A stretch of 57,424 nt of DNA, the filler included, from Platydemus manokwari (lineage: Eukaryota), in the NCBI GenBank assembly GCA_037951405.1. It is 6 parts of 6 records of this genome, joined end to end, with 100 filler letters (N's around TTAATTAATTAA, not from the genome) between each part and the next. Parts side by side here need not be neighbours in the genome. Positions count along the whole stretch, not along the records: positions 28,298 to 37,853 come from JBBMOY011232875.1; positions 37,954 to 47,657 come from JBBMOY011214767.1; 4 more parts are not named here. The stretch is one strand, 5' to 3'. Under the pieces are notes generated by a model, which ran no database searches, was not told where the DNA came from, and saw only the letters and a program-made list of their open reading frames with translations. The position numbers and the translations under genes were made by a program. Positions 28,437-40,469 of this stretch are shown in pieces; positions within the stretch are counted from its first letter, which is position 1, and each line of letters opens with the position of its first letter.

Positions 28437-30366
28437 TAAATTCTTTGATTTCGTTGTGTTAAAAACAATAAAATGATAAATATAATTAGCGCATATCATG
28501 AATCATTAGGGATCATTATTATGTATGGAAATAAATGCTCCATTAATATGTAATTTCGGCATATCAATTAATTCTCAAATGAATTATGGAATTTATGAAT
28601 ATATTTATTTATATATAATATACAAATTATTATTTGCTATTATTTGGACTCCTGATCTATTATTTCAAGTAATTCTAAATAAAACTATAAATCACCAATA
28701 ACCCAAGGAATTATTATCACAAGATTGCTGGAACAAGTTTATATCATAATCACATGTCTATTCTTAGTTAGTGAAAAACAATAAGAGGAGAAACAATTTA
28801 TGTTTTATATAAAATTTTGATTTCACTTTTAACTTTATTATTATTTCGCAAAACATCATGGATTATCTACATACGCTGTAAATGATATAAATGTCAAAAA
28901 ATAGATAACATAAAAAATAATCTCGTTAAATTTTCATTACTCATTTAATTGGATAAAATGTAAGGGGTTAAATAATTGATAAATTTAAAAGTCTATTGAC
29001 ATCAAAGTGAAAAAATGTTTACTTTTCAAAATTTAGGTAGAAAAATTTCATAAAAAAGAAGAGCCATCAACAAGATCTTCATAACGAAAGACAAAGCATA
29101 TCTAAAAGACGAATAATAATCAGCATCTACTAGCCGAATATATGATATTTGACATTGAAAAAAAATAACAACAAATATCATATACATTTAACTTATATTA
29201 AACGTTGTCAGTGGTACTAAAAATTATAAGGCCTTCAATTGACCTTATGGATCATTGGATTATTATCTGTAAGTTTATCGTGTCATTTGAGTTATATAAT
29301 TTCATTGGGAATTTTTAAAACTAAAAACGACATGAATATATGAAACGAAGTTAAAGAGAATTATCAGTAATGAGAAATAATTTAAATTATTGAATTGAGA
29401 GACTTGTAATAGATAAACCTCAACACATTATGATACGTTTCGACTAAATTCAATATTAAAAGTAGTGGATGAAAATGAAGCAAAACGATTAAAAGTCGTG
29501 TAATAGTAAAATACTGGAAATCCAAATTAGGTAATGATATGAATCGTTTGTAAGGACGTTCATGATAAGTTTGAAATATAATTACCGAGAATAGTAAAAT
29601 TTAGAGAATTCATAGTCAAAAAGATGATTTTTGTATACCACTATAGTAAATGAAGCCAAATATCATCAACAATGATGCGTGCAATATCTAGACCAATGGA
29701 TGTGACCGCTGAAATTTTTGAAGACTCTTTCAGACCAAGAAGTTAAGACTTGATTCTGAAATAAAATTATCGATAAAACTGAGTAATATAATGAGAGAGT
29801 TTGTTGTAGTAAAACAAACAGTCAGTACAGACGGCCAGCGAATATAATGATGAGTCGTATAAGACTTTGAGACAGGCAATAGATATAAAGCAGTGTTTTG
29901 TTGTGAAACATCAATTGGAAATTGTTTTCAATCAAATAACCGGACAAATGCAAACTCATTTTTTATGTAATTCAAACGAAAGCGTTGTCAATTTAGTGAA
30001 TGTATTTGAGTTGATTATGTGAAATGAAATGATTGCAATTAAGCATTTCTGAAAGTTAGTGAATTTATTTAGATTCTAAGAGAGGAAGATATCATAAAGT
30101 TTGTTAGAACAATAACTTGAAACGGAAAACCACAGATGAATAATAAAGCAATTAGAGTAAATATGAAGAAAACTCTTACAGTATCAATATCAGCAACCAC
30201 CGAGGACGGAATGCGATTCATGAAGAAAGAGTGATATTGTGTATATTACGTAAAGAAGATTATCTAAAACTAGATTTTATTGGACATCGATAGGAATAAT
30301 TTTGTATGGTGTGCTTGATTGTGAAAATTATATAAACTAAATTCATTTCATTTGAAATTATTCAAA

Positions 30367-30528
30367 ATGTCTGACAAAATCATCACCGAAGTCGCTGTAA
30401 GTGAAGTCTCAGTCGAACAAGTTGATGTTACCAAAGTCATTAAGAATGTCGAAGTTGTTTCCAAGAAAGTTACTGAGAGAACCGAAACCACTGAAAAAGT
30501 TTCTCAAGTAAAAGAAGAATCACAATAA
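30367..30528 (+). CDS. 53-aa Val/Glu/Lys/Thr-rich microprotein of unknown function
   Basis: MSDKIITEVAVSEVSVEQVDVTKVIKNVEVVSKKVTERTETTEKVSQVKEESQ*. AAAATG start context, and C-ending codons (GTC, ACC, ATC) that stand out from the AT-rich flanks. TATATAAA at 30329-30336 and ATTAAA at 30591. Too short for the supplied ORF track. Confidence 0.65.
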   Translation: MSDKIITEVAVSEVSVEQVDVTKVIKNVEVVSKKVTERTETTEKVSQVKEESQ

Positions 30529-33500
30529 ATATTTTCTTAAATATAACATTTTCAAAATATCATTTTGTCTTTGATTTTAGCTTTCTTGTCATTAAATTTT
30601 TTTGTTAATTTATATTGCTTTAAATGAAAAGCAGTTTGCAATTTCTGCGTTTGAAAATGTTGAGAAAATCATTTGATTTGTACACAATGTAATTATCAAT
30701 GAAAAGCATCTCACAAATGATTTCAACAGAGTGATTTTGATTGATTATAAGTCGTTCAACTCACATTATGGATCATTGGATAACAATTCGATCTCATTAT
30801 AACAGTATATTTAAGTCTTCATTGTCATGAAAAATTCTTCTCAATAATTGACTGTTTTATGTGTTGAATTTGATAGAAATATTAAACACTTAACTGTATT
30901 CGATCATCAATTATTAAAATCTTTATTATTATTGAATATGTCATCTGAGCTGGTGCTAGAAATAGTTGATTAGAATAATCAACAAAAATATTGAGAGACA
31001 AATTAACTTGTAATTTTTATTATATTAATTTGATTAATTAGCTGATTAAAATTTTATTTAATATTTTATTAAATGTCGTCTATCTATTTTGCGAATTGAT
31101 GAATAAGTACAAATGTTTAGCAAATTTTGTTGTTGGTTAAATTACAATTTGTCGAAACAATGTCATAAATGTATCTTTTTCTATGATAAAGAATAATTTA
31201 ATGATTCATATATAATTTGTAGCAATTTTTAACTTTGTTTAATCACATTGATAATAAATTCTGATTAAACAATCAAGAAATATTTAAATTTTTAATTTGG
31301 TCAATTATCGCTACATAATCCATTGAAAACCTTACCAAAGTTATCGGTCGAATTATGATTATTAAAATATTTCTCTCAAACTATGAAAGGATTGATTTGA
31401 AATCATTTTGTGAAAATAAAAGTCATTTAATTTCTCTTTAAAAGTTATCATTTGTTCGTTTATTATGTTTTCATATTTCAAGCTTTGGTTATGAAATAAA
31501 TCTGGCATAGATATTTTTCTGCAACGCAGGAAGAATTCAGCATTTTTCGAAGTTAATTCGAATTATGTATAATTTGAAATTTCTCCTGAATCGAAATATT
31601 TCTTTTTTGTACCATACATTTATATCTAATTGCAGTACAATTATTCTTAAATCAAAATTAAATGATATGTTTTTAAAAAAAATTTAACTTTTTTATCTTT
31701 TGATTAATTATTTTTTTAATTTTATATTGTGTTATTTTTTTTTGTAAGTTTCTTTCACTTAGATATCCATAGCAATTTTAGTAACATTTATTTTCCGATT
31801 AAGACATCAATTATAATGATTTTCGTGATCAATTTCTCAAATATTTTGATAAATTTCAGAAGAAATAAATTTCGTTTATATTATTTTTGCAATCAAAAAC
31901 ATTTTTGAAAACTATGTTTTTTATTGTTCAATAAATTTCAGTTTTAGATAATATTTCTAGTACTATAACCACGATGGCTATCTATCTTGTGTTTGTTTAG
32001 TGAAATGCAATGATATAAACTCTTTTTCCACTATATTTGTTTAACTGATCTTTCTGATCTTTTTGATGGAATTTAGTTTTTTGCTATTGTGCTATCATTA
32101 ATATGTATTCGAAAATTTATTTAATGAAAATTACCACTAATAGTTATATTTTATATTGAATTGCAGTTGTTTTACATGATTTCAACTTTTTCGAAACAAT
32201 AATTTATTGATGGTTTTTTTTGTGATTTTTGAAATATATTACTTTATTTTTTATGAAATTGCTAGAAACCCACATATTTTATTTTTATTCATGTGATACG
32301 CATTCATTAATGATATTACAATTTGAGAAAAAAATAGCACAAAAAATATTTTGAAGTAAAGATAATAGTGGTAAAAAATTATATTAATTTACTTTTCCAA
32401 TTTATAAATTTATCTCAGATATTTATGCATTTAAAGTCAACACAAATTGGGTAACTTGTATCTGATTTGCATAATCTGTGGTGTGTGCTTGAAATACAAA
32501 TATGATTTAACATCATTGATTTATAAACAACGCGTATATTGCAATACCGACCTGATCAATTTAATTCAAAATGAAATAAAACACAAAATTTTGATACAAA
32601 GAATCTTGATCTAATAACTCCAATATTAACTTTTTGTGTGCATTTTATCAGTGTTCGCACATAAACCGCCAAATAAAAATATTTATGATTTCTTTAATGC
32701 TTTGAATCATTCAATTTTGTGCTTCCATTATATAATGATCTTGCATGTATTTCAGCAACATTTTCTAATCTTCTTTGATTTATAAAATAGTATATTTACA
32801 TGTATTTTAAAATTAAAAATTTAATTCGTTTAATTATTCAACTCTCAAAACCGTTTTATTGATCGAGAAATTTAAACAATTTAAATCAATGAGGTGATAT
32901 AAACTTGTAATTGAATCTTATATTTTTAATATTTTCAAATTCATTATTGTTTTATGAGTATTATTATTTTTATCTAAATATATAATCGAGTTTGATTCAA
33001 GAATCTGTAAATTGATTTATAAAATAAGAATCGAAAATAAATGAAATAGTTTCAAAATATTGTGATCGTGCAATTTGAGATGTGGAATGATAATTTTGAA
33101 ATTAATCGAAAATTGTTGATGATGTAATTTCTTAATTAAAGAAATAAAATACAATTTTGAAAAGTTTAAAAATAATAATGTTTTTTGTATTTGATTTTTC
33201 TTATCTTGACCTTGATTAATTGTAAAAATTACTTCAACTAATTCCTTAGTTACTAAGATGTTCTCAACAAGCTTGTTGCATCAACTTATCCAATCCAATT
33301 TCCGCTAATATCGCACCCCAACAACGAAAATAAAACAGATGAAAACACTATCCATCTAGTCATTTATCACGCATGTTGATTAGACACACAAATGTCTTAA
33401 AGCCCTTATAAAAACGAATGGTGACTGCTCCTTTGCATAACCAAAATTTTGATAGTGGCTAGTATCATATGATGGCATATTATAATTGCATTTTAACTGA

Positions 33501-33619
33501 AAATTAAAATTAAAATTACAGAAATTGTTTAGAAAAGACGATAAATTATTCCAAGATGATAAAAAATAGGGAAAACTAGAAACATCGCGGTTAAGCATTA
33601 TGAATGGTGCATATCAACC

Positions 33620-35134
33620 TGTCTAAATGCAGTGCGATAAGTTATATGAAGAGCATTTCTACGGAAATTCTATGAAATCAATTAGGAAAATTGGAGAAGG
33701 ACATCACTAAAGAATATTAATTTCATATTTAGTATATATATATATATATATGGAAAATATTATTTCAGTGGCGAATATCAAAGACAGGCAAGGATTTCTA
33801 CTAGTATCGAAAATTCAAGGTTATTGTTGATTGCTGGACATGGTTACTTGATGAAGATTATTTGAGATGAAATTCTTAAAATCACTGTGATAAAGATCCA
33901 GATTTATAGAGAATGTAAAATCTCAGCATCAACGAAATGGATTGACTTCGCCAATTTTAGAAAAACAAATAAAACAATCTTTCTTAATTAGCCCAAATAC
34001 CTATTTCATAATCTAAAGAAGATGAGATTTGTTAACACAAAAAGCGTTCTTCATTATTTGATTCCTAATGAAAAAAAGCTGATCTCAAAATGCACTAACG
34101 GCCAATATTCATTGAGTTAATTATTGTTTGATTTCTCGAAATTTCTCTAATTTCTAAAACATGGTGGGGTAAAGTCCGTGTGGCGATGAAATATGCAACG
34201 ATTAAACTCCACACAAGTTCGGTTTGAGACAATCAATGTTGCCCTTAGAATTGATCAAAGTATCAGCTTCAATGGTGTTAGTTATACAAAAGCAGCAAAG
34301 CCAAAGAATATTAAACAAGCTTCGAAACTTCTTCGACTGTATTTCATTCAATCGTACTAAATCCAATGGAATGAATAAATCAGAAGCAGGCAATACAGAA
34401 TCTTATGTAGTACGGTTAGCCCTATGTGGAACAAGACAGTATTCCATGGCCACTTAACCACTGATCATCAACAAAGGCAAAACCGATACCTTACCATCTT
34501 TGAATAAAAAATACATGAACGGGATGGCGTGACGTAAATGTATGTGCCTAACAGAATCACATACACACATTTTCACAGTGTGTAAACCATCTAACTCATT
34601 TGTAACATTTAAGCACAATAAAGTTATGGAGATTGTAGCAAAGTGTATGCAAGTATCATACTGATTACAGAATCTATATAGATGAGAAATCTCAATTTGC
34701 CAACTTCAACATTCGAGTCAACTTGTAAATTGATATGTTAATTGACATCAATATGCCCCATGAACGAGCCAGGGCTTATTGATGAGACAAATAAAAAAAA
34801 CTCGCCAAGCATGACAGTCTAAAAATAGAGGTCAAAAAAACAAGCCAAAATTTACGGTCGAACTTCACACTTTGATCGTGGTGTTCTCTGAACATGGGTG
34901 AAGTCAAATGATGAAATTTTACGAAAATTGGAACTTAGCCAGCAAATCATCTACAAACTCGCCATTAAATGCATAAAGAAAAATGAACAAAGAGAAGGAA
35001 TGAAGACCATTCATAGTTGTCCCTTGACTCTGAGGACGATAGCTGAGCAACCAATCAATCAATTACTGGACGTGGGCAAGAGAAATGTGATAAGAGGTTC
35101 AATCGCAAGAGAGAACCTATGTTATAAGTCGTGA
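33620..35134 (+). mobile_element. Decayed RLE-type non-LTR retrotransposon (R2/R4/NeSL/HERO-like), 3' part
   Basis: Near 34530: *RKCMCLTESHTHIFTVC...KHNKV (CCHC plus RHN-like motif). Then LIDINMPHE and a G.LG.W..SNDEILRKL-like motif, with many stops and frameshifts. The boundaries are approximate. Confidence 0.7.
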
Positions 35135-35749
35135 TTTATCACGGTTAACCAATTAATCATTGTCTTTAAAAGATATCTGCTTTTTTGTTTTTTTAACATA
35201 ACTGTATTGATTATATTTAATATAATTTATCGTTTAGCATTATAAATTATTAGTAAATTAAACAATTATCTTGATCTGTATTTTGAATAATAGAATTCAC
35301 TCATATGAGATTTTGATTATTGGAGATTGATAATAATTATTATCATATTATTTATCAATTATAATTCAAATCTTCAATTGCCATATATTATAACCATATG
35401 GTCAGTGATCGCTTATTAGCAAAGATAAAAACACTTGAATGCTATTGTTATCATCAATTTTAGTTAATTAAATAGACAGTATTTCTATAAAATAAAAAAT
35501 TGCTATGCTTCGCAATTATAAAGGAAAATATTTATTTTAAAAATTTATTTTCATGCCTAATTTGAAAATACAAGCATATATGTAATCGACTAAGTAATAC
35601 GATGAGTCTCAGTCTCTAAAACTAAAATAAAACAACAAAACACAATATAATTTATACTCACATATTTATACCCATTGATATTAATTATTATTCGCTGATT
35701 AATGTACTTTATTTCTTATTTCTTATTAATCAGTTGCATTATTACAATA

Positions 35750-36144
35750 TGGCGGAAGCAGCTGGTATTATTAAATTTTCGCTTGCTGATAGTGTTTATA
35801 GTTAGCGACGCAATAGTGTACCAAAGCTTCCCAAGAATTTCAACAACATTTCAATCGTGCAATACTAGCTAGGACAACAGTGCAAAACTGGAAACAGAAG
35901 TTTGAAGAAATTGGAAACTTATCCACTTGGTTGCGATCAAGAAGACCGTCTGATGAAATCATGAAGGAAAAGGTGACAAGGTGAACATTTTGAACAGTTG
36001 TTATGAAACTGCTTATTATTTACCGTTATTTGTTCTTACTGTTATTCTGTTTTGTTGTGCATTAAAGTAACTCGATACATTTAATTTGTTATTACTGTTG
36101 TTTCATTTTAGTTTTAGAGATGGAGACTTATTAATCGCACGGTA
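35750..36144 (+). mobile_element. Deleted Tc1/mariner element with HTH remnant
   Basis: QEFQQHFNR..ARTTVQNWKQKFEEIGNL...RSRRPS resembles a mariner/DUF4817 N-terminal HTH with a GRP-like linker. A TIR-like end TGGAGACTTATTAATCGCACGG followed by TA lies at 36121-36144. Confidence 0.6.
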
Positions 36145-36469
36145 TTTTGTATTTGTTTAAAGTATTTTAAAAATTGTTTTAATTTTCAAAAGAAAATTTT
36201 AATATTTAATGTTAAAATTTATACTGAAAGTTGGTCTTTTCATTTTATTATGGTAAACTTTTATTTAGTTTTAAAACTTTTTATAAATATTTTTCATAAA
36301 TCTTTGAACCTGGCACACTATAGAATATTCTAAATCAACTTAAAAATAATTTCAAAACTGATATGGTGCAATGGATCACGAATAGGGTAATGATGTTTTT
36401 TGCCACCTTAGAATTTTGACAATAACTGAAGCCATATTATTTTAATGAATTTATGAATATAAGAATTAA

Positions 36470-36670
36470 AATAATAATAATAGTTATTATTGATAATAAT
36501 AATTATTATTATTTATTATTTTTATTATAGTTATAATAATTATTATTGATAATTGTTATTAATATTATTATAAATTATTATCATTATAGTCATTATAATA
36601 GTTATTATTGATAATAATAATTATTATTTATAATAATAATATTAATAATAATAATAATTATTATTATTAT
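36470..36670. repeat. (ATT/AAT) low-complexity tract
   Basis: Degenerate trinucleotide array with a repeated ATAGTTATTATTGATAATAATAATTATTATT unit. Confidence 0.85.
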
Positions 36671-37853
36671 CGCACAGTATATAATCTTCTCAGAATCGAA
36701 TCCATATGTGCAGTCGCCACAAGAACTTTAAATTGCAAAAGTATATTTAAATAAAATATTCAAAATAATTTAAATTGATCATTTATATATTATCAATATA
36801 AATATATTTTCAATTTAAAATGATCATTTTTAAAATCCTCACAAATTTAATTACTATTTTGTTCTTTAATTATTATTTAAAAAAACCACTGTGTTCATAT
36901 TTGAATATATCAAGATAAACTGCCGATTTAAAAAAAAATAATAACCGCACTACGTAACAGGAATATCTGGATGATTTAGTATACACAACACTGCCACACT
37001 ACATTTAGATTGATATCACACTACTATCCTAACATTACTGATCATATCATTTTATTCAAATCATTTTGTAAACAATTTATTCGATATAATTGGTGCAGTA
37101 TGCGAATGAGATCTGCCAATCACCAATTAAATCTAATTAAAGAAAACAAATTTGAACATTCCATTTTTAATACAACCAATACCAAACATAATGAAATGGA
37201 AATTTTTAACAAATAAAATACTGATCAATAAGCTGGAAGAAAAAATGGTAGGAAAATCTTTTGTTTTGAATTCAAATGAAATCATCATCAATAAATTATG
37301 CAAAACATTTCCACAACATATTTCACATTCAAATATCATCAAATATTTCCAGATTCGACACATCATACTCAAAAAGAAAAAATAAACAAAAAACTAGCAA
37401 ATAAATAGGAAATTGCTATATTTAAATATTTTTTATCGATTATTATTTATTTTTAGCCAAGGAAAAATATGTGTTAAATAAATGATAAATTAATAAGTAA
37501 AAATGAAAATATATATACTTAATTTAAATCCTTTTATTTTTCGATAAATTTTATTTTAGCGTTAACAATATGAGAAGCAATGGAAAATACTCCAAATCTA
37601 TACGAGAGCCAAATTCACTTTTAAGATTGGATGGGAATTATTTTTCGATGATTGCATTCAACGAGATTGTTGGAAAATTCTCGGAATTTATTCGCATAAA
37701 AAATTGACGAATAATTGGATTATGACTTGAATTAAGTCTTAAAAGATTAACTGATAATTAAAAAGTATCAAAACAGCTTAAGAGACAAATTTCTCATAAA
37801 AATTTCTTCGATTGACTATATAAAAATTCCAAGAAATTTTATCTCAAATATAT

Positions 37854-37953
37854 NNNNNNNNNNNNNNNNNNNNNNNNNNNNNNNNNNNNNNNNNNNNTTA
37901 ATTAATTAANNNNNNNNNNNNNNNNNNNNNNNNNNNNNNNNNNNNNNNNNNNN
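37854..37953. other. Artificial contig linker
   Basis: N44-TTAATTAATTAA-N44. Confidence 0.98.
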
Positions 37954-38027
37954 TGGGCGGCATGTCGTCTTCTGTTGCTCGGATGCGATCTGCGAAGGCA
38001 AAAAAGCATACAAATTGTGATTAGGCG

Positions 38028-38094
38028 CCGTCCGTCCGTCCGATTGAAGCCATTGCCCTCGTTCAACCTGCTTGATCCAGCATTGGTTATATTT
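38028..38094 (-). repeat. Left-arm terminal module (38-nt hairpin block plus CAATC(GGAC)n)
   Basis: The reverse complement of 38057-38094 is identical to 47530-47567. The reverse complement of 38028-38046 is identical to 47590-47608. Confidence 0.95.
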
Positions 38095-40225
38095 GAGGGC
38101 ATGGATGATGCTTATTTCCTGTTCTTGTGTCTTTGGTGTCGCTTGCTCTATCCTTCCGTCGGCAGCAAAGGAGATTTTGGCTGTCTTCTTTTATGGGGTT
38201 GATTTCTAGTGGTGTTTCGGTGTGTTTTTCCTTGTCCTCTGGGGCGTTTGTGATCCAGTCCTGTCCAGGACTTTTTTTTCCAGGTTGCGCCGATTTTCCC
38301 GGCTGTTTGGTTTCTTTCCCGGCGAAGACGCGCTCAGCTTTTTCGAGGATCGCAGCGTAGGACGCTTTTTCTTCATTTTGCTCCGCTATGAGGCGTCTTG
38401 CTTCTGTGAGTTCCGCTAGGGCCCTCTGGAAATCCGCGGCTACCTTCGGATTTATTTCTGTTTCCTCCTCCGTGCTCGTGTTCTCTGCTGAGGCCTCTTC
38501 TTCTGATGTGGTGTCTTCTGTTTGGGTTTTGTGGATAATGTCTTTCTGCTTCTCGATGATCTGTCTTTCCTCTTTGATTGATGTTAGCAGCGTCTCGGTC
38601 GTCTCCTTGATCTTGTTCATTCTGGCGACCTCCTTTTTGATATTTTGTAGGATTGACTCATGCTCTCCTTTATCTTGGTCTTGTTTCCTCATGAGGGCTT
38701 CTTTTGCTTCCAGCAGTAGTCTTATTTCCTCCTTCAGTGCTTGTCTTTCTCCACGTATTCCTTTGAGGATTGCCTCGTTTTCCGTCTTAACTTGTGTCAG
38801 CTTGGCGACTTCTTGCTGGACCTGGATTTGCGCTGCTAATATTTCCTGCAGCATTTTTTCGGTGTCTTCGCTGTTGTCTTGTCTTGAGGCGTTCTCCTTG
38901 TCTGTTACTTTCTCTGTCATCCTTTCTAGCTGCTCCTTGAGGTCCTTGACTTCCTTTTGTAGTGCAGTTTTTTCCGTCTGGGTGATGCCCCAGGCTGCCT
39001 CTGTCCTGCTCCGAGCTTCTTTGAATGGTATATTTTCCATGGTGGATAGCTTGAGCGTTTCTTTGCACTGTTGCAGGTAGGGGCAGCCCAGGTATCGGGC
39101 TCCGTGGGCTCCCAGGCAGTTGGCGCACTTCCGGTTGGTGTTGGCCTTCCGGTAGTCCTCATCTTTCTTGGCCAGTGGGCAGTCGTTGTAGCTGTGGGCC
39201 TCGGCGCAGTACCTGCAGACTTCCGGTCCACGACAGCTGGGTCTTGTGTGTCCTGCTTTAAGGCATCTGGAGCACTGTATTACTCTCGGGATGAGTCGCT
39301 CCGGCTGTTGTTGTCTTCTGTAGAAGTTGATCTTGTCTGGGATTTCACATCCCTCTGTTGAGATGATGGCCACCGTCGTCGGGGTGTTATTTCTGGTGGT
39401 GATTCTCTCTGCAGTCTTGAAGACGAGGTGCGGGTTGTCTTTTTGGAGTTGTTTCTTGATATCGTCGTTGCTGAGTTGCGTGGGGATCCTCTTGATCACC
39501 CACCTCCTCTCCTCTACGAAGCTTGTGATCTCGATCTCCGTGTCGTCGTCCAGCTGCAGTATTTTGCCGCTTTTGGCGACTTGGGCCAGCAGGATTCTGG
39601 TCGTCTGCATCTTGTTAATGAAAGCGACGATTCCATCCCGAGTCTTTCGAAGGCTGGCGATGGTTCTCTTGCCTGTCGTTGTTTCGATGAGCGAGATGAT
39701 TTTATCTCTTGTCATTGCCGCTAGCAGGTTGGTGTCTTTGTTGATTTGCCGGATGGCAACTTTGGTGACTTCCTTCTGCCCTGCTTCAGCTGTGGCTTCT
39801 GGTTGAGGTCTGGCTTGAGACTTGTCAGCTGCTGTCCCTCTGCCGGCCGCTGACTTCTCTGGTGATTTGCTCTTTCGCCCTGATAAGGGCGCTGTGGTTA
39901 TATTTTTTGCCCTGAGAAGGGCAGTGGGTGGTTCTGTTTTTGCCCTGAGAAGGGCATTGGGCGATTCTGCATCAGAACCTTGTGGCGGTGTCCCAGGAGA
40001 CTCACTGCTCTCTGGGGCGGGAGTTTCCGCTGGTCGCCCTGATAAGGGCGTCGTGGTTATATTTTCTGCCCTGATAAGGGCAGTGGGCGGTTCGATGTCC
40101 GAACCATTAGAAGGTTGGTTTGGCGGCCCGCTTGAAGCTGGGCTGCAAGCGGTCGCTGGCTTGCTTGTGGCTTGAGTCCCCCTCGTCGCCGCCGGCCGTT
40201 TTCCTTTTCCTCTTGACTTGGACAT
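38087..40225 (-). CDS. Gag-like ORF1 paralog (three CCHC knuckles, long coiled coil); frame open to 40396, likely start MSKSRGKGKR at 40225 (712 aa)
   Basis: VIQCSRCLKAGHTRPSC...CRYCAEAHSYNDC...CANCLGAHGARYLGC is preceded by an RRM-like VIKRIP...AERI region. No pol frame follows. The ATG at 40396 lies upstream of the minus-strand TATA box (40348-40354), so the 40225 start is preferred. Confidence 0.88.
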   Translation of the reverse strand: MSKSRGKGKRPAATRGTQATSKPATACSPASSGPPNQPSNGSDIEPPTALIRAENITTTPLSGRPAETPAPESSESPGTPPQGSDAESPNALLRAKTEPPTALLRAKNITTAPLSGRKSKSPEKSAAGRGTAADKSQARPQPEATAEAGQKEVTKVAIRQINKDTNLLAAMTRDKIISLIETTTGKRTIASLRKTRDGIVAFINKMQTTRILLAQVAKSGKILQLDDDTEIEITSFVEERRWVIKRIPTQLSNDDIKKQLQKDNPHLVFKTAERITTRNNTPTTVAIISTEGCEIPDKINFYRRQQQPERLIPRVIQCSRCLKAGHTRPSCRGPEVCRYCAEAHSYNDCPLAKKDEDYRKANTNRKCANCLGAHGARYLGCPYLQQCKETLKLSTMENIPFKEARSRTEAAWGITQTEKTALQKEVKDLKEQLERMTEKVTDKENASRQDNSEDTEKMLQEILAAQIQVQQEVAKLTQVKTENEAILKGIRGERQALKEEIRLLLEAKEALMRKQDQDKGEHESILQNIKKEVARMNKIKETTETLLTSIKEERQIIEKQKDIIHKTQTEDTTSEEEASAENTSTEEETEINPKVAADFQRALAELTEARRLIAEQNEEKASYAAILEKAERVFAGKETKQPGKSAQPGKKSPGQDWITNAPEDKEKHTETPLEINPIKEDSQNLLCCRRKDRASDTKDTRTGNKHHPCPQI
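39876..40082 (-). repeat. Five 16-nt hairpins YGCCCT-TMTC-AGGGCR
   Basis: Copies at 39876-39891, 39908-39923, 39941-39956, 40035-40050 and 40067-40082. The outer pair covaries between C-G and T-A. Confidence 0.92.
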
Positions 40226-40347
40226 ATTTTCCGGTATTGTGCAATCGTGGCTGGCTGCCAATGGTGTAGCACGTCTGTCTCCGCTGAGCGCTGAGAAGCA
40301 CTGTGTGTGTGATTGAGGATGTCTCAGAATCGCCGCCGATATCGGAG

Positions 40348-40469
40348 TTTTATACCTCGGCGACGAGGAAGACGAAACGGGCGGTTGCGACTGCATGCGT
40401 GTTTCTAGCGATTTGATTGGTTGTGCCGAATTCGTCCTTTTCCTCGTCCTTTCCGAGCTCGTATATAAA
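40348..40469. promoter_or_regulatory. Putative mirror-symmetric bidirectional Pol II promoter
   Basis: TATAAAA on minus (40348-40354), TATATAAA on plus (40462-40469), ATTGG (CCAAT box) at 40416-40420. Inverted sub-motifs: CTCGG/CCGAG, GACGAGGAA/TTCCTCGTC, GACGAA/TTCGTC. Confidence 0.7.

Noticed and set aside
28950-30300. A-rich tract with faint LINE thumb-like peptides (IIRPSID); similar tract at about 17550-18150
   Set aside because: Too degraded to assign without a profile search.
39876-40082. Regularly spaced palindromic repeats as a CRISPR-like array
   Set aside because: The spacers are short and duplicated, the repeats lie inside a eukaryotic ORF, and there are no cas genes.
40226-40396. 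First 57 codons of the 769-aa ORF
   Set aside because: They overlap the putative TATA box and leader, so they are probably untranslated. The start at 40225 is preferred.
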